DNA from: Leptospiraceae bacterium | GTDB taxonomy: Bacteria > Spirochaetota > Leptospiria > Leptospirales > Leptonemataceae | Assembly: GCA_040217195.1 (NCBI GenBank) | Contig: JAVJNR010000008.1 | Location: 96,001-160,000 of the forward strand | Length of the DNA stretch: 64,000 bases | Direction: 5' to 3' | In this document: piece after piece, positions 58,553 to 64,000 of the stretch | Layout of the letters: each line of letters begins with the position of its first letter | Numbering within the stretch: position 1 is the first letter of the stretch | Notes under the pieces: model-generated | The model's input: the letters and a program-made list of their open reading frames with translations, nothing else | Told to the model about the DNA's origin: nothing | Database searches by the model: none | Program-made: the position numbers and the translations under genes

Positions 58553-60154
58553 ATGACCGATCTGGAGCCCGCAGGTGGTACAATTATGAACGAACTCAGG
58601 CAACAAAAATACGCTGATTCAAGGCGCAGATGGATTCTTTTCGCAGCACTGGTAACCATTCCGTTTTGCGTGCTGGTTGCTCAGGAGCCAAAGAATGGGC
58701 TCGAACTGGCCAAGCAACGCCATGCAAAAATGGGTCGAGGCATCAGTCTTGCAAACTTTCTGGAGATTACCAATCCATCAAACCGTGTTCGCATTACAAC
58801 GGATGATATTGTGACAATTAAGAATGCTGGATTTAACACAATTCGCGTCCCGGTGAAATGGGAGTATGATAGATCAAATGTTGAAAAGTTGGGTCCATAT
58901 GATCGGGGTGTCTATCCAGATAGATTCTCTGCTATCGCTGCTCCATTGCAGAAAGACTCTTCAGTTGCGGGAAAGTTTTTGAAGGACTGTAATAACTACA
59001 TGGGCCGCCAGAGCAAGAAACCCGTTAAGCCCAATGCGAAATTTACTCGATTTCAGCAACCTGAGGAACAGCTTGCATGCGTTATTCTACGCGCCAAAGG
59101 GGAGGGCATAATGGTTATTGTAACCAATCATCACAATAACACAATCATTGAAGTGGGAAAGGAGGATTCGGAATGGTCTGCCCGGAAGGAGGCTTTTCTT
59201 AATCAGACCAATCTAATCATTTCTGCTCTGGAGCCGTGGAATGACACAGTCATGTTCGAATTGCTTAACGAGCCCAATGCCGATAAATGGTCACGTACAA
59301 ATATGGACAGAGAGAGCTGGGAGATAATCCTTTCTGGCTTTTCAGATGAGAATCGAAAGCCCACCAGGCTGACATTGCTCATTGGAGGCACAGATTGGAA
59401 CTCCATCCGTGGCCTAGACGAATTGAACTTGCCAATGAATCCTAATGGCGGGAACATAATACTGACCGCCCATTATTACGATCCTCCTTGTTTTGCCCAG
59501 GCATACGAAAAGAGAAGAAATTCACGATGCTTGAATGAAATAAAAGCCCACAGGACCATTCGGCCGCTGGAAGGCGGTAAATGCAGTTTATGCTGCCAGT
59601 CTGTCGAGTGCTCTAACATTAACCAGACTGAAGTTGAGAGCGTTTGGTGGAGTCCGCATGCGAAATTCCCTGGAAGTCAACATCCATCATATATCCCAGG
59701 GAAGCCATTGGAAGGGGAAGTTGAAAAAAAGGGGTGCGATGTAATTCGAGCGGATTTCAAACGCCTGCGTGAAATTGCAAAAGAGAAGGGTTATCCAGTC
59801 TTCCTTGGGGAATTTGGCACTACAACGACTATCGCAGATTCCCCATCCAGAGTCCAGTGGGCCTATCACATTGTTCGAGCAGCTCGAGTCGATCGAACAT
59901 GCCAGTTAGACATGGATCAAGTAGCGGACGCAGGGGCGGTTTCCCCTATTCCCTGGGTGTACTGGGGCTATAACTCAGAAGACTTTGGCATTTTCCGAAT
60001 ACCTGAGGACTCACAGAGAGCTAACTGTCTGACTCCCGAAGGTAGAATAATCAAGAAGAAGGGCCAAAATTCGGAGTGTAGCGGTCAAGATATTCTAAGA
60101 GCATTAATGTCCGCTGATAAAATGTCCTTTGCTGAGATTATTGATGGAAAATGA
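58553..60154 (+). CDS. Secreted glycoside hydrolase family 5 (start 58553 or 58586)
   Basis: 'GFNTIRVPV', acid/base 'ELLNEP', 'AHYYDP', nucleophile 'LGEFG', 'WVYW'. Confidence 0.85.
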   Translation: MTDLEPAGGTIMNELRQQKYADSRRRWILFAALVTIPFCVLVAQEPKNGLELAKQRHAKMGRGISLANFLEITNPSNRVRITTDDIVTIKNAGFNTIRVPVKWEYDRSNVEKLGPYDRGVYPDRFSAIAAPLQKDSSVAGKFLKDCNNYMGRQSKKPVKPNAKFTRFQQPEEQLACVILRAKGEGIMVIVTNHHNNTIIEVGKEDSEWSARKEAFLNQTNLIISALEPWNDTVMFELLNEPNADKWSRTNMDRESWEIILSGFSDENRKPTRLTLLIGGTDWNSIRGLDELNLPMNPNGGNIILTAHYYDPPCFAQAYEKRRNSRCLNEIKAHRTIRPLEGGKCSLCCQSVECSNINQTEVESVWWSPHAKFPGSQHPSYIPGKPLEGEVEKKGCDVIRADFKRLREIAKEKGYPVFLGEFGTTTTIADSPSRVQWAYHIVRAARVDRTCQLDMDQVADAGAVSPIPWVYWGYNSEDFGIFRIPEDSQRANCLTPEGRIIKKKGQNSECSGQDILRALMSADKMSFAEIIDGK

Positions 60155-60252
60155 GTATTCCACTGTCTGGAATTCCGACCCCGGTCTGGCTTTTACCTGA
60201 TTTCAAGATCGTTCTTGCAAAAAAGTGCCTTATGCAGGGAAGTAATCCATAG

Positions 60253-63200
60253 ATGCCCGGTCCGCTTTCCGAAGATCAGCTGGTGGAACAGCCTGCCATA
60301 GAGCTCTTTGAAAGCCTGGGCTGGGAATTTGTCAACGCCTTTGAGGAACAAGAAGCCGATGGCTTTGGCCGGGAAACCCGAGCCGAGGTAGTACTCAGAC
60401 CCCGTCTACTTCTCAGTCTTCGAAAGCTAAACCCGAAGGCGCCGGAGGATGCGGTGCAACGTGCGGCAGATGACCTCTCCCAGGATCTATCTACCTGGAA
60501 TCCGGTGGCCGCCAATCGGAAGATTCATGATCTGCTACTGAATGGTGTGCTGGTGGATCTGCAGTCTTCGAAATCCGGCAATCCGGATTCCATGCGGCTG
60601 CGGGTGGTGGACTGGGCGGATCCATCCAATAATGATTTTCTCATCGTCAGTCAGTTTACAGTTGTAGGATCCCATTATACGCGCCGGCCGGATCTTATAG
60701 GATTCTTGAATGGTCTTCCTTTACTCTTGATTGAACTCAAGAAGCCGGGCGTGGCGGCTTTTCGAGCATTCGATGACAATATTCGATCCTATAAAGCTGA
60801 CATTCCGCAGCTATTCCATTACAACGCATTTATCATCGCATCCAACGGACTGGATACCCGGCTGGGAAGCTTTAGCGCTCCCTGGGAGCATCTGGCGGAA
60901 TGGAAAAGGGCGGAGTCCGAGGATGAACCTGCGGCGGTGTCGCTGGAGAAAGCCATTCGCGGCACCTGCGAGCCCCGGCGGTTTCTGGATCTGGTAGAGA
61001 ACTTTATTCTGTATTCGGATGAGTCTGGCGGCACGAAGAAGCTGTTTTCGAAGAACCATCAGTACCTGGGAGTAAACAATGCGCTCAAGGCGCTGGATGC
61101 GGCCAGGGGCAAACATGGGCGGATCGGGGTTTTCTGGCATACCCAGGGCTCGGGAAAGAGTTATTCCATGGTTTTCTTTGCCCGTAAGGTACTTCGCAAG
61201 CTTCCCGGAAACTGGACCTTTGTAGTGATTACGGATCGCACGGAGCTGGATGATCAAATCGCAGATACATTCGCCAAATGCGATGTGCTGAGCGAAACGG
61301 AAAGCAAGGAATGCAGACCGGACTCCGGGACGGATCTGCGTCGGCTGCTGAAAGAGAACCATCGATTTGTGTTTACCTTGATTCAGAAGTTCCGGGCCGG
61401 GGAAAATGAAGAGTTTCCGGTGCTTTCGGAAAGAAGCGATATAATCGTTCTTACAGATGAAGCGCATCGCAGCCAGTACGATGTTCTGGCCATGAATATG
61501 CGGCGGGCGCTTCCCAATGCATTGTTTCTGGCTTTTACGGGCACGCCGCTGATTGCAGGCGAAGAGAAGACCAAAGAGGTGTTCGGTGACTATATCTCTG
61601 TTTATGACTTCAAGCAGTCTGTAGAAGACAATGCCACGGTGCCTCTGTACTATGAGAATCGCACTCCGGTGCTACATCTGGAAAATCCCAATCTAAACGA
61701 CGATATCTATCAGATCATTGAAGATGCGGATTTGAGCGTGGCGGATGAGCGAAAGATCCAGAGGGATCTGGGACGTCAGTATCATATTCTGACCAGACAG
61801 GATCGTCTGGAGAAGATTGCCGGCGATATTGTAAGTCATTATCTGGATCGAGGTTATCAGGGCAAGGCCATGGTAATCTCTATAGATAAGGCCACGGCAG
61901 TGCGAATGCATGATCTGGTGCAGGCCGCCTGGGCAGATGAGCTTGCGAAGGTGCAGAAGGATCTGCAGGCCAATCCGGGCAACATAGCCTTCCAGCGGCG
62001 CAAGGAGATTCTGGAAAGCACGGATATGGCTGTAGTGGTGTCATCGGCACAGAATGAGGCGGAGTCCATGAAGGAGCTGGGTCTGGATATTCTGCCGCAC
62101 CGGGATCGGATGAACAAAGACGATCTGGCTTCGAAGTTCAAAGAGCCGGAGGATCCACTGCGTCTGGTATTTGTATGTGCTATGTGGCTTACAGGGTTCG
62201 ATGCTCCCAGTTGTTCGACGATCTATCTGGATAAGCCCATGCGCAATCATACCTTGATGCAGACCATCGCCCGGGCGAACCGGGTATGGCCTGGAAAGAA
62301 GAATGGACTGATTGTAGATTATGCCAATGTGTTTGCTTCGCTGGAGGAAGCGCTTTCCATCTACGGAAAAGGAAAGGGCGGCGATCATCCGGTGGAGGAT
62401 AAATCGGAGCTGATCAATGAACTGATGGATGCTTTGAAATCCACGGAGGAGTATTTACAGAGTCACGGCGTGGATCTAAAGGCTTTGCTGCAGCTTCGCG
62501 GAATGGAGCTGCAAAAGGCCATAGGCGATGCGGCCAATGAATTCTGCAGTCCGGATCCTGTGCGTCAAGAATTCATCGCAAAGGAAAGAAAGGTACTGAG
62601 CTTCTATCAGGCGGCGAAACCGGATCCTGCACTTTCGCAGATTGCGCCCAGATGCGCTCTGCTTGGTATGATTGGCCGCGTTGTACGGGAGCGCACCGCG
62701 GAGGAAGGGGGTGATCCCGGCGAGGTGATGGCGGAGATCCAGAGGCTGCTGGATGCATCCATTGCCGCGGAAGGATTTGAAATTGCCGAGAAGGGAAGCG
62801 AATACAGGATACTGGATCTTTCTAAGATCGACTTTGAGGCTTTGCAGGAGCAGTTCAAGAAATCGGACGAGAAAAAGACACTGCTTGAGCGATTGAAGGC
62901 GCAGCTGGCCCGGGAGATTGGCCGGATGATCGATGAGAATCCTACAAGATACGATTTTCGCCAGAAGTTCGAGGAATTGATCCAGAGCTACAACGAAGGC
63001 AGCCGCACCATCGAAGAGGCCTACAAGGCATTGCTGGCACTTTCGAAGGCATTGACCGAGGAGCAGAGCCGGGCGGTGCAGGAAGAGCTGAGCGCAGAGG
63101 AACTGGCCATATTTGATCTATTGATGAAGCCTGCGCCGGAACTAAAGAAAAAGGAACGCAGCCAGGTGAAGGCGGCGGCCAGGGAGCTGATGGAATCGGT

Positions 63201-63399
63201 GAAGGAAGCTCTGGTGCTGGACTGGAGGAAGCGTTCCATTGCCCGGGCCCAGGTGCGACTGACCATTGAAGAGGTGCTGGATAAGTCCCTGCCCCGGGAT
63301 TTTGACAAAGAGCTGTACGAAAAGAAGGTAAGCCGGGTATTTCAGCATATATACGAGAAATATGAATCAAAGGAAAAAAGTGTCTATTCGGCGGCCTGA
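60253..63399 (+). CDS. hsdR: Type I restriction endonuclease subunit R
   Basis: 'RPDL..FLNGLPL..IELK' nuclease, 'HTQGSGKS', 'DEAH', 'QTIARANR'. Confidence 0.96.
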   Translation: MPGPLSEDQLVEQPAIELFESLGWEFVNAFEEQEADGFGRETRAEVVLRPRLLLSLRKLNPKAPEDAVQRAADDLSQDLSTWNPVAANRKIHDLLLNGVLVDLQSSKSGNPDSMRLRVVDWADPSNNDFLIVSQFTVVGSHYTRRPDLIGFLNGLPLLLIELKKPGVAAFRAFDDNIRSYKADIPQLFHYNAFIIASNGLDTRLGSFSAPWEHLAEWKRAESEDEPAAVSLEKAIRGTCEPRRFLDLVENFILYSDESGGTKKLFSKNHQYLGVNNALKALDAARGKHGRIGVFWHTQGSGKSYSMVFFARKVLRKLPGNWTFVVITDRTELDDQIADTFAKCDVLSETESKECRPDSGTDLRRLLKENHRFVFTLIQKFRAGENEEFPVLSERSDIIVLTDEAHRSQYDVLAMNMRRALPNALFLAFTGTPLIAGEEKTKEVFGDYISVYDFKQSVEDNATVPLYYENRTPVLHLENPNLNDDIYQIIEDADLSVADERKIQRDLGRQYHILTRQDRLEKIAGDIVSHYLDRGYQGKAMVISIDKATAVRMHDLVQAAWADELAKVQKDLQANPGNIAFQRRKEILESTDMAVVVSSAQNEAESMKELGLDILPHRDRMNKDDLASKFKEPEDPLRLVFVCAMWLTGFDAPSCSTIYLDKPMRNHTLMQTIARANRVWPGKKNGLIVDYANVFASLEEALSIYGKGKGGDHPVEDKSELINELMDALKSTEEYLQSHGVDLKALLQLRGMELQKAIGDAANEFCSPDPVRQEFIAKERKVLSFYQAAKPDPALSQIAPRCALLGMIGRVVRERTAEEGGDPGEVMAEIQRLLDASIAAEGFEIAEKGSEYRILDLSKIDFEALQEQFKKSDEKKTLLERLKAQLAREIGRMIDENPTRYDFRQKFEELIQSYNEGSRTIEEAYKALLALSKALTEEQSRAVQEELSAEELAIFDLLMKPAPELKKKERSQVKAAARELMESVKEALVLDWRKRSIARAQVRLTIEEVLDKSLPRDFDKELYEKKVSRVFQHIYEKYESKEKSVYSAA

Positions 63400-63430
63400 A
63401 TGTCGCAGGGCCAGGACACAATACAACTGA

Positions 63431-64000
63431 ATGGAATGGATTGCTCCCTATCAAAAGGATGAAACTACATCGGCGCTGGAGGATCGGCTGTGGAAGACGG
63501 CGGATCAGATGCGCGCCAACTCCGGGCTGACCGCGGCGCAGTATTCGGGCCCGGTGCTGGGATTGATCTTTCTGCGGTTTGCGGATGTTCGCTTCCAGGC
63601 CATGAAAAAGGAACTGGAAAAGGAAGGAGGATCCAGCCGAAGGCGCTCTCCGGCGGATGATCCCCAGGCCTATATTGCAAAAGGAATCATGTATCTTCCG
63701 GAATCGGCCCGGTTTGAGACGCTTCTGAATCTGCCAGAAGGGACGGATCTGGGTAAAGCGGTGAATGAGGCCATGAGCGCCGTGGAAAAGGAAAATGAAT
63801 CCCTGCGGGGGATTCTGCCGCAGGGGTATCAGAACTACGAGAATGCTACTCTTGCGGAGCTGCTGAAGATGGTGTCTTCCATTCCGGAGGATATGAGCGG
63901 CGATGCTATCGGCAAGGTGTACGAATACTTCCTGAGCAGCTTTGCCATGGCGGAAGGGCAGCTGGGAGGCGAGTTCTATACGCCTACATCCATTGTGCAA
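63431..64000 (+). CDS. hsdM: Type I R-M methyltransferase subunit M, 3'-partial (absent from the ORF track because it has no stop in the window)
   Basis: MEWIAPYQKD...LEDRLWKTADQMRANSGL...LGLIFLRFA...DAIGKVYEYFL...GGEFYTP. Confidence 0.93.
   Translation, partial: MEWIAPYQKDETTSALEDRLWKTADQMRANSGLTAAQYSGPVLGLIFLRFADVRFQAMKKELEKEGGSSRRRSPADDPQAYIAKGIMYLPESARFETLLNLPEGTDLGKAVNEAMSAVEKENESLRGILPQGYQNYENATLAELLKMVSSIPEDMSGDAIGKVYEYFLSSFAMAEGQLGGEFYTPTSIVQ

Noticed and set aside
63380..63399. HsdR C-terminal -SAA as a ClpXP degron for restriction alleviation
   Set aside because: Three residues are too little evidence on their own
62942..64000. 352-aa minus-strand ORF
   Set aside because: Antisense shadow of hsdR/hsdM; the plus strand encodes a clear HsdM N-terminus
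1..64000. CRISPR array, rRNA, prophage or reverse transcriptase
   Set aside because: No regularly spaced repeats or diagnostic motifs found; the repeats seen are intragenic protein repeats (NHL, TPR, Lys/Ala tail)

Overview
Bacterial chromosomal window, most likely from a Leptospiraceae-type spirochaete. This is an inference from the spirochaetal-style lipoproteins, TPR-rich gene content and conserved hypotheticals, not a database result. Positions 1 to about 50,240 are mostly core genome: lptF/G-like permease, TPR/NHL/vWA cluster, M23 peptidase, ECF sigma factor, dnaE, probable 6S RNA, rpsU-yqeY-dnaG-rpoD, adenylate cyclase, ABC exporter, dapD, mpaA, lolCE-lolD, a fused mcsA/mcsB-like gene with clpC, mtaB, an HTH protein with a histone-H1-like tail, and tRNA-Ile(GAT). 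Downstream of the tRNA lies an accessory region. It contains beta-propeller lipoproteins, an intact IS66 (19-bp TIRs, 8-bp TSD) that splits a lipoprotein gene, an older inverted IS66 remnant, a desaturase, plsC, a GH5 hydrolase and a type I R-M system (hsdR, hsdM running off the end). The most notable observations are the single-chain McsA-McsB fusion beside a ClpC with apparently only one intact phospho-arginine site, an ECF sigma with a ~110-aa insertion in region 4, the HTH/H1-like protein, a CTG-started lipoprotein sharing an N-terminal module with another propeller lipoprotein, and probable leaderless IS66 genes. No CRISPR array, rRNA, integrase or phage genes were seen.
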